Assembly: GCA_021432655.1 (NCBI GenBank)
Contig: MU271390.1
Span: forward strand, 32,186 to 75,725
Reading direction: 5' to 3'
Origin: Atractiella rhizophila
Taxonomy: Eukaryota
DNA: 43,540 nucleotides
Made by a program: the position numbers and the translations under genes. The notes under the pieces were generated by a model. The model was not told the DNA's origin and did no database searches. It was given only the letters and a program-made list of their open reading frames with translations. Of the stretch, positions 26,201 through 39,323 are shown in pieces; within the stretch, counting starts at the first letter, position 1; each line of letters opens with the position of its first letter.

Positions 26201-26655
26201 AGGAGGAGGGACCCGAAGAGGGCAAGTCCGATGGGGCGGAATCGATCACGCCTCGTAAATCGAAATCGAACGATCCAAGTTCAACCCGAACTCCAACTCA
26301 GATCGCAAGACGCGAAGCAACGATCACACCTCCCTCAAAGAAGAAGAAGAGGGCGGTACGAGAGCTAGAAGACGCGCTCGACGGAGGTTGGAGGCTCGAA
26401 GAAACCAAGGTAGGGGAGAAGAGCGTGCGGGAGGTGTTGGACAATTATGGGGAAGAAGACGAGATGGATCTCATCGGTCCCTCGCCTCCCAAACTGAAAA
26501 TGACGCCGGGGAGGATGGACGTGGGCGGCAGTTTGAGCGCACGAAGGATGGAGAGGGAGCGGAGGAGAAAGTCGGTTTTTAGTGGTGCAGGCGGCAACTC
26601 ACTGGAGTTTGAGGAGGAGGCAGGTGAGAGCGATGATCCGCTCAGTGTGCTGTAA
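23293..26655 (+). CDS. SCM3: Scm3/HJURP-like CENP-A chaperone (N-terminal Scm3 domain, long disordered tail), interrupted by an internal duplication
   Basis: RLASSHKLLSAWTSIHDRY...EEEDDIIDF...VHEVGRLRNM resembles the Scm3 domain pattern; acidic and S/P-rich remainder. Confidence 0.7.
23839..26168. repeat. Diverged ~1.16-kb tandem duplication (23839-24992 and 25006-26168) joined by A13
   Basis: Direct comparison of both copies, including two introns each; A-run at 24993-25005. Confidence 0.95.
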
Positions 26656-27607
26656 CCGTGGAAGTTCGAGTTAGTTGCTTATCATTCTACCTTCTGATAG
26701 TCAGTAATAGCAATTTGCGTCATCATGCTAGAGGATGTTATTATGGATGGGCTTGCGTGTCGTGTTCAAAAGCAATTTTAAAGGAGTGAAAGCAGGCAGC
26801 AATTGTGTTATCGTTGACCCGAACGGGATGACAGACATCGATATAACAACAGTTCCCTTCAAAATGTCCTCGGCAACCTTATGGGAACTCTCAGGAATGG
26901 CGTCCTATTCACTAGTGCCACAAAGAATGCTGAGAAGGCGGACGCCGAAAAGGAGGAAGCTGCTCAAAAGATTGTAGGAGCAGGATGTGGATCAAGGACA
27001 ATAAAAGAGTCAAAGAGGCATATCTGATGATTGGGGTCCGAGATTGCAAGTTGAAATTGAGCATGTCCAAAGTTTTGTTATGTTGCACAATTGTTTATCA
27101 AGCGGAACGAAGAGCAAGTTGTTCGAATCCTAGCCAACTTGGCTAGTTGTTGCTTTGCGCTTTTTTTTTGACCAGGGCTAGACAAAAGCACAGCTAGTGA
27201 TTATCACACTAATTGGACAATGCACACCACCTCCGTGGCTGTCTACCGAAACTGAACAGAGCGTCGAAGAGGAGACCATCGCCGTAGCGTCTTACACTTA
27301 GTCGTTCGAGGTGACATTTGTGCCATCTTGTATTTTGGTTTGTTTGGCAAGCGTTGACGAATGGTTGACGAAGGCTGGACAAGGATGAATACGATCGAAG
27401 CTGGCAAGCTCAAAGTTAAGTTATAGAAGCCCGCTGGAAAAGGAAGTGTTCTCCGATGGATCGGCCTTAAGCACTAAAGGCGTCCACAAGACGCCACTTC
27501 GACAACCATATCAGCTTTCACTTATCTCATAGCCTTATCACCTACCTCTGCCTACGTCTCTGACAACATCACACATAGAGCTCCAACACTCCAAGCAACA
27601 AACTACC

Positions 27608-29189
27608 ATGCAATTCCCCTCTCCGACGCGTTCGCGATCGAGTTCCCCTCTTCACCACTTCACGCGTCGCTCCCCTGCTCCTCTTCCCCTTTCCTCCTAT
27701 AACTCCAAGAAATCGAAGGACGCAGTGAAGGAGAAGGAGAGGGAGAGAGAAGAGCCACATACGCCACCATGTCAAGGTCAACCATTGACATTTGGTCTTT
27801 TTGGCGGAGCTAGTTTCTTGGGGAAGCGAAAGTTGACGAGGAATGACTCTTTCAGTTCCATTGGGAGCTTGATTAGTGAAGAAGGAGGAGAGGAAGAAGA
27901 CATGGACGAGGATTGGACTCCTGCAGAAGAGGAGGTTGTAGTACAGGTTCGTCCTCCCTCAGTTCAGATTGGCGAGGGAGAGAAGTGACGTGACGCGTTC
28001 GAAGGCATATGAGAACTTCTCAGAACATTCCAAGCGCGTAGGAACGCCTTTTCAAGGTTTACCTCCGATCCAACTCACTCACGCTGTCGCTCGAGCCATA
28101 CTGAAAGAAGAGAAGGATTGGAAGCACTCGCTCAAAGCCACACGCTCCAAGGTGCAGCTTATGGGTTCGTCTCCCTTTCTCCTCACTCATGGGATGGATC
28201 TGACCACACGAAACAGCCAAAACGCGTTCTAGTCGCCTTAGTTCTCAGTTTGACCCTGATGAAACCCCAAGGAGTGGGAGGAGCACAAGGGGGAAGTTGA
28301 CGCGTGTGAGTAGCTTCTGAGAACGTGATACGACGCCTCTAACGGTTGGATATAGCAGGGAAGCACGGAATTTGGTCCTGCGAAGAAAGACTTGGGAATA
28401 ATTTCGAAGTATGTCCATTTCGCGCCGACCCTAAACCATCCCTGACACGTGACTTTTTCCACCCTTAGATTGGGCTCCAGGCTACACCGAGATTCCTTCT
28501 CCTTCCGCGATAGATCAGAGAGGGACAGTCATTACCATCCCTATGCTGCACCATCCAATATCTCACGCATGACACGCACCTTCTCCATGTCTCAGATCCC
28601 CGCCCCTCCGCCGACCTCGCCATTGCGAGAATCGCGCTTATCTCCCTCTCCAATGGAGGATACTTCGCATATGGCTACTCCCAAACGTGGCGGAGGTAGC
28701 AACTCCACTAGGGGCTACCCCACTCCGAGCTCGAATAAGAAGAACAAGACCTCGAACGAGAGCCTAAGGAGCCTGTCTGCAGCGACTAAGACGTCGGGGA
28801 GGCCGATGCCAATGGGTCGATACAGTAGTGAATGTGGAACAGCGCCATCATTCGTCGGGACGCTGAACAAGAAGAGCTCGATTTCAAGTATGTCGAGCGT
28901 CTCGAGCCAAGAGAGCCTCCGAGCACCACTATTCGGTCCAAACGCGACTGACTGGATGCGACGACCGTCGTTGGAGCAGCCCAGTCCTTTCCTTCTCTCT
29001 CTCGGCAGCCCGATCTCGAGCACAAGTACGCTGTATGATGGGTCGAAGAGAGGGAGCATCGGGAGCGTCAGTACATTAAATATCAGTGAAACAGAGGCAG
29101 ACGATGTCGAGATGATTGATGCGGAGGCTACTGTCGTTTGGAAATCCAACAACTCAAGTGGTTTGGATAAGCCTTTCGGAGGATGGTAG
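27608..29189 (+). CDS. Ser-rich hypothetical protein with a small helical domain
   Basis: Five exons join in frame; DWTPAEEEVV...PFQGLPPIQLTHAVARAI...WKHSLKATRSK. Confidence 0.75.
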
Positions 29190-29856
29190 AGATTGTTGTT
29201 TTAAGTTTTGATTGATTTGATAGCATTTTATTCTACCCAATGATGTTAGTACGAAGAAGAAAAGAAAATAGTGTAATGGTTCTCAAGTTTTTTGCTCTGT
29301 TTTGCCTTGTTTACCCTATCCTTTCTTTGCGTTTGGTTCCACATCACTGTCATTATTCGTCCTGTCTACTACTCTCATGAACTTGCTCACACTTCTTTGA
29401 TGAAGTCTTTTCACCCTCTCTGTGCAGTATGTCAAATGTTAAATCCTTTAACCGTCTATATCAGCTTTTATTCTTGATAGCTTGGTCTGATTCATCTCTT
29501 CGACTTTCGTAAAATACACGGAACTCTTCAAATTGTTATCTTGATCTTGACTGATGAGCCTGACATTTACCCAGATGTTCAACCTTCTTTATTGCCTGAT
29601 CAGGCCAGTACTGACTCAGTAATTCATGAAATGTGAAAGAATTTGGATGTAGCACTTTGTCATTATGCTGAATCTTACTGACGCGACTCTGCGTCGTGAT
29701 CAACGGTTCTTATACTTGGAGGGCCGAAGAACTTTCCGATCACTGATAGCCTCATTTGACCACAGGCTCTGGAACAGTAAATGCAATGGGAAAAGCAATG
29801 ATTGCATGGAGAAGCAAAACATGTAAACCATAAGACATAACGTTCGTCGCAGGCGT

Positions 29857-31345
29857 TTAAGGCTTGATTTTGAGTTGACCTGTCAACAGCAAGGCATTCA
29901 TTCAGCCAGGCTTTCAGTTATAGGGATAGGATGAACGCACCCAGAAATTGGGCCTTCTCCGCCGAAGTCTGCCACCTTCCGTGTCCGAACTTGGAAGAAG
30001 TATCAATCCATTTAAGTTGAATCTTCTCAAGATCTTTCCTGGTTGTGGCGGCCTTGAGAGTCTTCCTAAGGGTAACGACCCTCTTCTTGACACCAGGGCA
30101 GGATCCTTTGATTATAACGAAGTCGTTCTTGACGATACCGTATCGTACGAAACCTCCCATAGGGGTAATGGTCTTCTTTGTCTGGTCGAACTCCGTTGAG
30201 GCATTCGACTCGTCTTCGCCAGAACCAAGACGATAGATCTTCTTGTTCTGCTCTGTGCGGTGGTGGTATCCGTTCTGACCAGCACGTGCAACAGAGAACA
30301 TGACCTTCGATGGATGCCACGCTCCAATACAAGCGATCTTTCGGAGACCTATGACATCCCGTCTTTATTTATCTCACGTGACGAAGACGAGGACAACAAA
30401 CCCTTGTGCGTTTTGCGAGGCAGCTTCTTAGTTCCCCACCTGTGTGTGACACCTTCAAATCCGCGTCCCTTTGTAACACCAATGACGTCGATGTTCTCGT
30501 CCTCCTCAAAAATAGACTTGACATCAATGGTCTTCTCAAAAAGATCTTTGGCGTAATTGACCTTCTCCTCAACAGAGCCACCGTTAATTTGGATCTCCAT
30601 AAGGTGCGCCTTCTTCTGAGAGAGACCGGTCTTGGAGATTTGGGTGTGAGCAAGGAGACGGACGACTGTGCAGTACTTGGTGATACGGGCAAGTTCGCGT
30701 TGGATGGGGGAGGAAGAGGAGGCGTATTTGGCGCTGTACTTGGTGAAGGCCTTCTTTTTAGATCGGTACCAAGACTTGTAGAATCGTCGCTTGACTTCAT
30801 CCGAAAGGTGCTCAGCCCAAACGGTGGTGAGAGAGCGAAGACCGCGAGGAGTCTCGATATATCCAACAACTCCGACAACCTGGAGCAGGCTCAATCTGCT
30901 GAGCCTTCTTCTGAGTGAATTGTACGTACAACCATAGGAGGAGTCTCGATGATTGTGACAGCCTCGACAATCTCCCTCTTGTGCATCTCTGCGCACAAAA
31001 GAAAACAATCAGCATTAATTATTTCCATGTATTGTTTAGCCTCACTAGATCCAGGTCGTTCGAGATCCCTGACAATGTGGGTCATTCCAGCCTTGTATCC
31101 GAGCATGGCGGTGAGATGGACTTTCTTGGTTTTGTCATCCTGTAAACAGTATGTTAGGCACGATTGTTGTGTAATGTAAATGAAACTTACCTTGGGGAAT
31201 GCCTTGACCTTTCCCCTGTGTCTGGCGGCCCTCTTCCGGGGTAAGAAACCCAAGGAACCGTTTCCTGCCCTCATTTGTCAGAACCTCTCACATGAAGAGA
31301 GTCCTGTGGAAACTCACGGGGCTTTTCAAATTTTCTGTGCGACAT
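29857..31345 (-). CDS. RPL3: 60S ribosomal protein L3 (uL3)
   Basis: [49 protein letters not shown] and [11 protein letters not shown]. Confidence 0.98.
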
Positions 31346-31808
31346 GACCTGCTTCCACAACCGTACGTTAGAACGGAGCTACTTAGAGCTTAGAGGCAGG
31401 AGTAAATGCTGAAGTATTTATGTGTCAGAAAGTACAAGATCTGGCACATGTGTATCAATTGGAGCTTGCAAATAGGCAATTAAGAGGTGAATAAAGAAAC
31501 GACTACGTGGTGTTCAACAACCGGTGAGAGTTTTTGCAGCATGAGTAGCCAGAAGTAAATAACGCTGCATAGTCAGTAGACTTCGAGGCAGTCAATGAAG
31601 CTCTCAACGTCTCTTTCCTATTTCCAACCTGCAGAAAGGCAGGGCCTCCTTCAAACTTGCCGTCGCCATATAAAAGCGGAGCAACCCTTTATCACTCAAA
31701 GAATGAGAACACATACCTTACTTACAAATTTACTCCTACCAAAGTCCCTGCACCGTTGACGAGATCGTTAGCCAGAGAAAAATAAAAAATAAGCAGCCGC
31801 AAGACCAC

Positions 31809-31817
31809 AACCCTAAC
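31809..31817 (+). promoter_or_regulatory. Telo-box/Tbf1-like motif AACCCTAAC in the RPL3-PNO1 divergent promoter
   Basis: Telomere-like 9-mer between two head-to-head ribosome-related genes. Confidence 0.4.
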
Positions 31818-31915
31818 TCTCCGTGAATCTCTACCCGAAAAAAAACTGAACTCCGACTCGCTTCAGCTTCCTTGAAACTTTGAAAGGCATCAGACTTGGA
31901 ATATAGTATAGAGAT

Positions 31916-33001
31916 ATGGGGAATACGGACTCTGATGGGTTTACTACGGTGCAGAAGAGCAAATCGACCAGATCGAAGGGGAAGGGCAAATCCAAAGCGT
32001 TAGCCAGGAGCGCTGAGCGATCGGATCGCATGGAGGGACTTTTATCAACTCAGGTTGGAGATGCTGATGGATCAGGGGATGTTCATATGGAATTGGATGG
32101 CGAAGCGGAAACTGCAGCTGGAGGGGAAGCTGAAGGGGATGCAGACGAGCTGCTGATTGGGACCGGAGACAGGGTCCCGTTATGGGAGGACGCTGGCACT
32201 TCAGAGGGTTCCTCTTTGCCTTCCACCGCACCGAGTATAGCAACTGCACCGACTTCAGCCTTTTCTTTCGCCCCCATTTCTCACAACACCACTCAATCCT
32301 CCGTTCAGATGCGCAAGCTCTCCATTCCGCCCCATCGTATGACACCTCTCAAGAAGGAGTGGGAGAAGTTGTATACACCACTTGTAAAGGAGTGTGGGCT
32401 GAAAGTGCGAGTCAATCCATCAAAACGGACTGTGGAAATCAAGGTGCGCTTTTTGACAGAAAGCAGGCAGGACTGTGTTGATAATGACAGCAGACAAGCA
32501 AACATACACCAGCGTCAAGTACACTACAAAAAGCCATCGACTTCCTCACAGCCTTCATGCTTGGGTTTACACCGGAAGATTCCCTTGCCCTTCTACGGAT
32601 GGATGACCTGTACATTGTGTGTCATTTCTGGTCTTCCTCTGTAGTCACACTTAAGCACTAGATTAGGAATCCTTTGAGGTCAAGGACGTGAAACAAATAC
32701 TCTCAGGCGATCACCTATCTCGTGCAATCGGACGAATCGCAGGCAAAGACGGAAAGACGAAGTTTGCAATCGAAAATGCTTCTCGGACACGCGTTGTGTT
32801 GGCAGATCAGTATGTATTTCTGTTCTCATTGTAGAAGTTCCCTAATATTCTGCTGGATGCAGGAAAATTCATATCCTTGGAACATTCCAATCGATCAAAA
32901 TTGCAAGAGACGCAATTTGCCAGCTGATCCTCGGAAGTCCTCCAGGCAAAGTTTATGCTGGATTGAGGAATGTGGCTGCCAAGCAGAAGATGAGAGGATA
33001 A
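31916..33001 (+). CDS. PNO1: Pre-rRNA processing KH protein Pno1/Dim2
   Basis: [55 protein letters not shown] and [14 protein letters not shown]. Confidence 0.95.
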
Positions 33002-33427
33002 TCCTTTCCAGTTGGCATGAGACTTTAGCTTGTTCTTGTATTATTGTTGTAATCCTTCTCTCTCCAAAATTAAACAACCGTAGAACGTTCAAAAGTCCCT
33101 ATGAAGTCCTGCCACATTGACAGGTTGATGTATTTGATGGAATTTGATGACGGTGGCTGACCCACAACGATACCTGATGATGATGTGGCGTCAAGCAGCA
33201 TTTCGCGTTGTGTGCGTCTCAGCAACAGCAATCTCAATAAAACACGAAGAAGTTGGTGGGTGTGGCGCGCAATGATACAGTAGCGCGTTGGAGCTGAGAG
33301 AAAAGACACGGTATATTTGGTAAGTTGTACCCATTTTCTGCCAGGGTAAGGTGAAAACGGGTCTGGTATATGAGGCCAGAGGAACGCGTCTAGACTTTGC
33401 CGACAATTGCCTTTCAATCGTTTCGAC

Positions 33428-36028
33428 ATGGCGAACGAGTGCGTTATCTCTTCTCCCTCTTCCATACTTACTTTGCGTCCTTCTCCCTCTTGGCTACGCT
33501 ACTACCTACTCCAACAAACGTAAAACTCCGCACAGCTCTAAGTGCCCTCTTCTAAACTCCCTAAAGCCGAAAAAGCTTGAGCGCCTGCCCCCACCAGTCC
33601 TAGAGCAACCGCGCAGCGAAGAACTGGTAAGAAATGTTGACTTCACCAAGCAAGATATAAAAAACTGGGTGAGTCGAAAGGAGAAGAAGAAGGGTGCGAG
33701 TCTGAAGGAGGGCAGGAGAAGCAGTAGGGTAAGCGGGGGTACGCTAAGGAAAAGCATTCTCGACGAGCTCCAGCTGAAGAGGTAGTCTGAGCAGTCTGGT
33801 GAACCGAAATCGAAGGGACATGGCGCTTACCAATTCAGGCTTGCTGTTTCCTTTACCCCGCTGCTTGAATTCGCGAAAGAGAAAGTCGCGCTATACAAAA
33901 CGAAGTCGAAGGACCGCAAAGGGCGAGAGGCGGAGGGACGAAGGCGAAGTTGCGTCATCCCAAAACCGCAGCAGCAAAAGAGACTTGGTCTGCGGGTGTC
34001 AGCTTCTGAGGAACTCGCAAAAAGAAAAAGCAGACCCGCAGCGCGAGGTTGGAGAAGACGTACAAGACTGGTTGGTAAAGAACGTTTCGTACCCCTAGGT
34101 AGAAGGAAAAGCTCCCGCTCAGAAAGAAGAAGCCCTAAGAACCCTCCAGGTATTGTCTTATACTAGGTGAGTTATTGCTGCCAGGCGACCTTGAGCTCGG
34201 TATCTTTGGAGCTTAACCGAGGTATTCAGGGACTTAGGTGCGGGCTAGGAGTGACGCAGGGTGTCTGGAAGCATGGGGGAAAGGGTAGTGTCTCGTCATN
34301 NNNNNNNNNNNNNNNNNNNNNNNNCAGGAGCATTGCATCCCCAAACCAACTCTTCTTAACCCTGACGGTCTTTCGCTTCCTCTTGGACAGGTAGCTCCCT
34401 TCTGCGCAGGACATCGGAATGAATGCGTTGTGGTACCGGAGGGCAAGAAGAAGTGGAAGGCATGGAAAGTCGATTGGGCTAGATTGCCAAGTGGCGTCTT
34501 CACGCTTTATTCCTCTTCAAGATTTGTGCATGCTGATTGGATAAAACTAGCCGAGTGAGAGACTTCAAATGGTATTCGACAATGCAAGGGATTATATTCC
34601 AGCCAGAGTCGAGCAAGTTCTTCGTGGCTGCAAAAAATGAGTGGGAGTCCAAAGGTAAGAGGAAGATGAAGAATGCGATGTCCGAATACGAAACGTTTGA
34701 GGTTCAAATACCTGGCTAGTTGGTTTTCTATTATCACGAGATGGGCTAAAGCTGAACGATGACGGACAGCTACGGCGACCGCGGTTCCGTTTGTCATCTA
34801 CGAAGCACTTAGAGAGCAATACGTCGTGGAAGATGCTATTCTCGATGACAGCCGCTCTGCTCCATTGGACAAGGCCACTTTCATCAGGCGTGTCCTCTTG
34901 CCAGAAATTGGCATGCGTCTTATTATGGAAGACGAAGGTCTGTCGAGTCTCGAAGAGGCACGAGAGGTGATGGAAAAGAGTCGAGATTTCGGAAGGGCTG
35001 TTTGGCCCGATGTTGATGAGGACGAGGAGAGGATCAACGAGCAGGAGTACAAGAAGGAACTCAAACGGAAGAAGAAAAGGCATGAGAAGGACAAGGAAAA
35101 AGCGACACATGCACGGAATGAATGTTCTGTAGATGATATGGAGGGTGATGAAGGGAAGAAGAGAAAGAGCGATAGAACGGACGGAGGGGAAGGTGTCCAG
35201 AATGGCGAGAAGAAGAGGCGGCGTCCAAATCGCGCCAAGCACATCTCATCCAACAAACCGTCGACGAACGAGGTGAGCGAGCCAGATAATTCGTCCGAGG
35301 CAGAAAGGGATGTGAGCAAAAAGAAGGAAGTGGTGGATTCCGGAGCAGAGGCTGAAAGTCGAGACAAAGCAGACAGGCCGAAGGAGAGGAGAAAGCCTAA
35401 GCGTCTCAAAGACCTTTCTGCCCTTTCCGGACTATCCACCGATGATACAGGATCCTCGATAGAGGTGTTTGCGTCGCTTTTCAAGGAAGAGAAGCATTCA
35501 AAGTCAAAGGCTACCAAGCGCGAAGCTGCCGGGGATTCTCTATCAAGTGCGACGTCTTCTCTTCACGCAGCACAAACATTAGCGCACCGGAAACCGCCAC
35601 GAAGCAAGCTCAGTTCCAACAATAAATCGTTTGCTGCTCCTCTGTCGCCCAAACGTACAAACAGCGTCTCTTCTCGTTCCCACAGCCGAACAAAGAGCCC
35701 GACATCTGCGAAAGGTGGTCCCATCGACCTCGATGCTGACTCGACGACGGAAGTGGAAGACGAAATTGAGAGCGATTTCAGCGACGCCAAGTCCAAATCC
35801 GCAAAGTTAGGCAGCAAGCGGAGGCCGCTGGAACTTTTTGCTGGCGAGGGAGTGAAGGACGTGTCGCTGTCGGATGTGAAGAAGAAGCGAAGGGGAAAGA
35901 AAAAGGAGTCCAGCACTGCTTCCAGCGATTCGGACGAGCCGCCCAAGCGAGCTTCGAAACGTCCACCGTCTACTCAGGAGTCTGTGGACTCGTATGGATT
36001 CGATGGTGACCTCGTTGATATCGAATGA
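33428..36028 (+). CDS. RTC4-like domain protein (spans the assembly gap; one apparent frameshift; 5' part uncertain)
   Basis: CAGHRNE, VDWARLP, PGYYGDRG and FIRRVLLPEIGMRLIMED...AREVMEKSRDFG resemble the RTC4 domain; K/S/E-rich tail. Confidence 0.72.
34300..34324. other. Scaffold gap (25 N)
   Basis: Run of N characters. Confidence 1.
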
Positions 36029-36347
36029 CTGCGTTTGTTTGCTTTTGCAACCCTGGCTGCTTTGAGGCGGCATATCATTGTCCAATATTATCGCTTATAA
36101 TCGAGAGCGTTTCGATTCAGAAGCTCTTTCATTATCGGGGACGCCTTGCATGCATGCCTTTCTCTGAAGATGATGAAAATGAAAGGTCCATTTCGCAATT
36201 GCTAATGACTGAAACTATGCACTAAAAGTACTGAATTGACACATTAGGAAGCGGATCCTCGTAAAACTACAACAAAACAACGGCAAAGACATGCTTGACA
36301 GCAGAAAAGCTCACTGTACTAAAAAGATTCATCGTCAGGTGGTTAGG

Positions 36348-36831
36348 TCATCGACCAAAGTGAACAGCCTTCTTGTCAAGTGGCATGCCATCAGGTCCAA
36401 TCCCATGTCTGGCAAGATACCTTTGCTGCCTGATGAGCCGTGCCTGTATGACCAAGAAAACCCAATCAGTTCAACCAGCATTCCAATCCTCACCAACAAG
36501 ACCGAGCAGCAAAGCAAAGGGGGTAGCAAAAGCGCACCTCATCGAACCCCACCCCCCTCTCCTCCATGATCCTCCTCACCTCATCCGCCGCGCTCTCTTC
36601 CAATCCACCCCTCGTGTCTCCACTCTCCACATTCGCACTGAGATCGAACGTGCTGCTGGACAATCCCGCGCCGATGGCTGATTCGAAGGTTGGGAGCCGC
36701 TCGTATTGCGTGAACCGGGAGCGGATGCGCGGGGGGAGGTGTGGGATGAGCCGGTTGCGGAGCAGGAAGGCGAGGCCGAGGAGGACGAGGAGGAAGAGAC
36801 CGACGAGGGAGGTTGTGTAGAAAGATGGCAT
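36348..36831 (-). CDS. UPF0357/DUF2015 (YCL012C-like) small membrane protein
   Basis: N-terminal TM segment, GLSSSTFDLSANV..GDTRGGL and GFDE|ARL...GIGPDGMPLDKKAVHF. Confidence 0.85.
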
Positions 36832-37171
36832 GTTGCTCCTGTAAAGCTGATTAGTTACGCGTGTCCATGAATGTCCCAGACAGCATCTCATGGCTTTGTA
36901 ATGATAGTATTGTTGGGAACACACAAGCCTGGCTCTTTGAGATGGTACCAGTTCCTTGTTCCCAACACCAGTGGGCAAAGTCAAGAGCAGCTCACCGGAT
37001 CAAGTCTTTAGACGCACTATTACACTTCTCACCGTCTAACTCAAAACAAAGGGAGTCCAAAGTAAAGTCCCTTTGAGACTGTTTGAAATGTCCTTGCCGT
37101 AGTCTCTCTGGCATAGTGACCAAGAGAACCAAGAACAAGAACAGCACTGCAACGACCAAGTACCTTTGGAG

Positions 37172-37879
37172 ATGTATCTCAAAGAGGCCCGTCACAGGGT
37201 ACTGAGCATCATCCAGCGCTTCTACTCCGTCCTCCTCGTCTTCCAGTTCCTCCTCCTCCAAGGCTCCACCTTCCACACACACGTCATGCTCGTTCGCATC
37301 CTCTCCATGCTTCGTCTCGAGCTCTCGTGGTGCGTTATCCTGCTCATCCATTACGGTACGGAAAAGGGTGATGGTGTTCTGTTCTTGCTGGGTCGGTAGT
37401 CAGAGCTCGACAAAGAGCTTTCCCTTCTTGATGGGTGTCTCAGCTGGCATCACCCTCATCATCTCATTAATACACCAGTTGGAGCCTCCGAATCCACTCT
37501 ATAGCAAGAGATCGATAATAATAGACTTTATCACCCAAGGTGCTCTCCCTTCCGCCATATTCTTTCATATTTGACCAAAATGACAGTTCCAATGACGAAC
37601 CGTCTCCACATCCTCCTCTCCGACCTCGTCCTCGGCCTCGTCCAATTAATCTTTATTGTCCTCTGCTGGGACTTTCATCATCATAGAGAAGAGGAGGAGG
37701 AAGATGTGGCGAACCCTTTCAAGAAGGAGCTTTTCGTTCTACGAGCTTCTGACGTCTGGGAACGCGTTTCAAATCCCAAAGGTGCTGTCGGGCTGAGCAC
37801 GATCCCGTCGATGGAGAGAGGCAGTGGGGATGAGGAAACGCTACCCTTACATGCTCTACGAATACGGACATCAGAGTAG
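37172..37879 (+). CDS. DUF1746 / Dsc4-like membrane protein
   Basis: Hydrophobic exons; IIIDFITQ|VP...ILLSDLVLGLVQL motif. Confidence 0.6.
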
Positions 37880-37968
37880 TCCGGGTGATGACTAGACAAA
37901 AGAGGTGCTTCTCTCTCGTCTTCACTTTCACAATGAGGCGGTTGACACGTTGAATGATGTAGGAACCA

Positions 37969-39323
37969 TTAATCCTCAAATTGCAGAAATGCCTTCTCTT
38001 CCCTCCACGCCTCCTTCACACCTCCAACTTCCTCCGCACACTCCTTCTCGCAAGATAACACGAACACAGTACTCCACTCCCATCTACCCCTCCCCTTCTT
38101 CTTCTCCGCTTCCTCCTCCCCCTCCACCTCGTCAACCTTCGGCCACACCTCCTCGAGCGCTGGCATCAGCTGCAGTTCGAACACGCGCTTCGATTTGCAC
38201 TTTTCACACCTCGCCACCTTGGACGAATCGAACTCCCTCTCGTCCACCTCATCCTCATCCTCTCCCTCTCCCTCCTTGAGAGGAAAGAGCAAATCGAACG
38301 TCTCCCCCTTCCCAGTAAACGCCAGCGGCACACCCCCGAAATCGTGTCTGACGACTTGGTTGGGAAACGGTCGAACGCGGTCTTGGAACTCGACGAAGAT
38401 GTCGTCTACGGAGAGCAGGGATGAGAGGGCGGACGGCCGCTCGTAGGCTTCATTCGTCCATTCCGGACCGCCGGATGATTCGAGGGAGGATGAGGGAGGC
38501 GGTGGTGCTGGACCCGCTTTCTTCTTCGGCGGTGGAGGCTCGAGCAGGGTGTCAACGTATTGAGGTGCATAGGAGGGGAGGTCGGATGTATCTTTCCAAC
38601 CTAGGAGGGAACGCTTTAGGTGTGGCTTTGGAGGGAGAGGAAGACGTACTGGTTCCGAGGTTGGAGGTTGCTTTAGATGGAGCTGGAGGTGTTCCTTTCT
38701 TCTCGTCTTTCGGTTTCGCAGGCATGGGAGCGGGAGAGGGATCAAAGAGGAGATTCCCCAAGCCGTTAGAGATCGTGGAAACATCAGCGTTCATCTGCGC
38801 ATGCAATTGATATCCTTCCTTTCATGCTAGCTTTTTGGACTAGTGACGTACCATAAAGGGGTTCCCAATCGGCTTCTCGTCTTTCTCCTGCTCTTCTTCA
38901 GCAGAGGCAGCAGCAAAGCTCTCGTTCCATCTCGTCGCTCTCCACGCGCGCACGCTCTTTCTTCCCATCTTTCATAAGCTCATTCTCTTCCTCCGCCTCG
39001 CTTATAAAAATAAGAAAGAAAGGAAATAAACACACCTTGCCCTTCTTCTGACACTCTTTATCCTCGCATCCCCAAACATACAGCACCCGATCAAAGCTGG
39101 ACTCCGGCAAAGGACAATAGATCTGCGTCAACAGCGGCATCTTCTTCTTACACGCCACACAGTCGGAGCACGAGACGGGAGGGGCTGCTGAGAGAGGGAA
39201 CACGGGGAAGCCCCCGAGACGGGAGATGGTGTAGTCGCCCAAGTCGGGAGAGGAGGTGATGGCCCCATCGGCGAATCCGAGGATGGGCGCGGAGTCTTCG
39301 ATGTACTCTGATGCGGGTGCCAT
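37969..39323 (-). CDS. TSR4: Tsr4/PDCD2-like uS5 chaperone
   Basis: SRLGGFP, CxxC..MPLLTQIYCP..DRVLYVWGC, NQVVRH, CxxC..RVFELQLMP and WSTVFVLSC. Confidence 0.9.

Noticed and set aside
27100..27140. tRNA gene around GTTCGAATCC
   Set aside because: The T-stem, acceptor stem and anticodon arm do not pair.
29545..29605. C/D snoRNA-like TGATGA...CTGA with a terminal stem
   Set aside because: Only about 55 nt long, with at most ~9 nt of rRNA-like complementarity.
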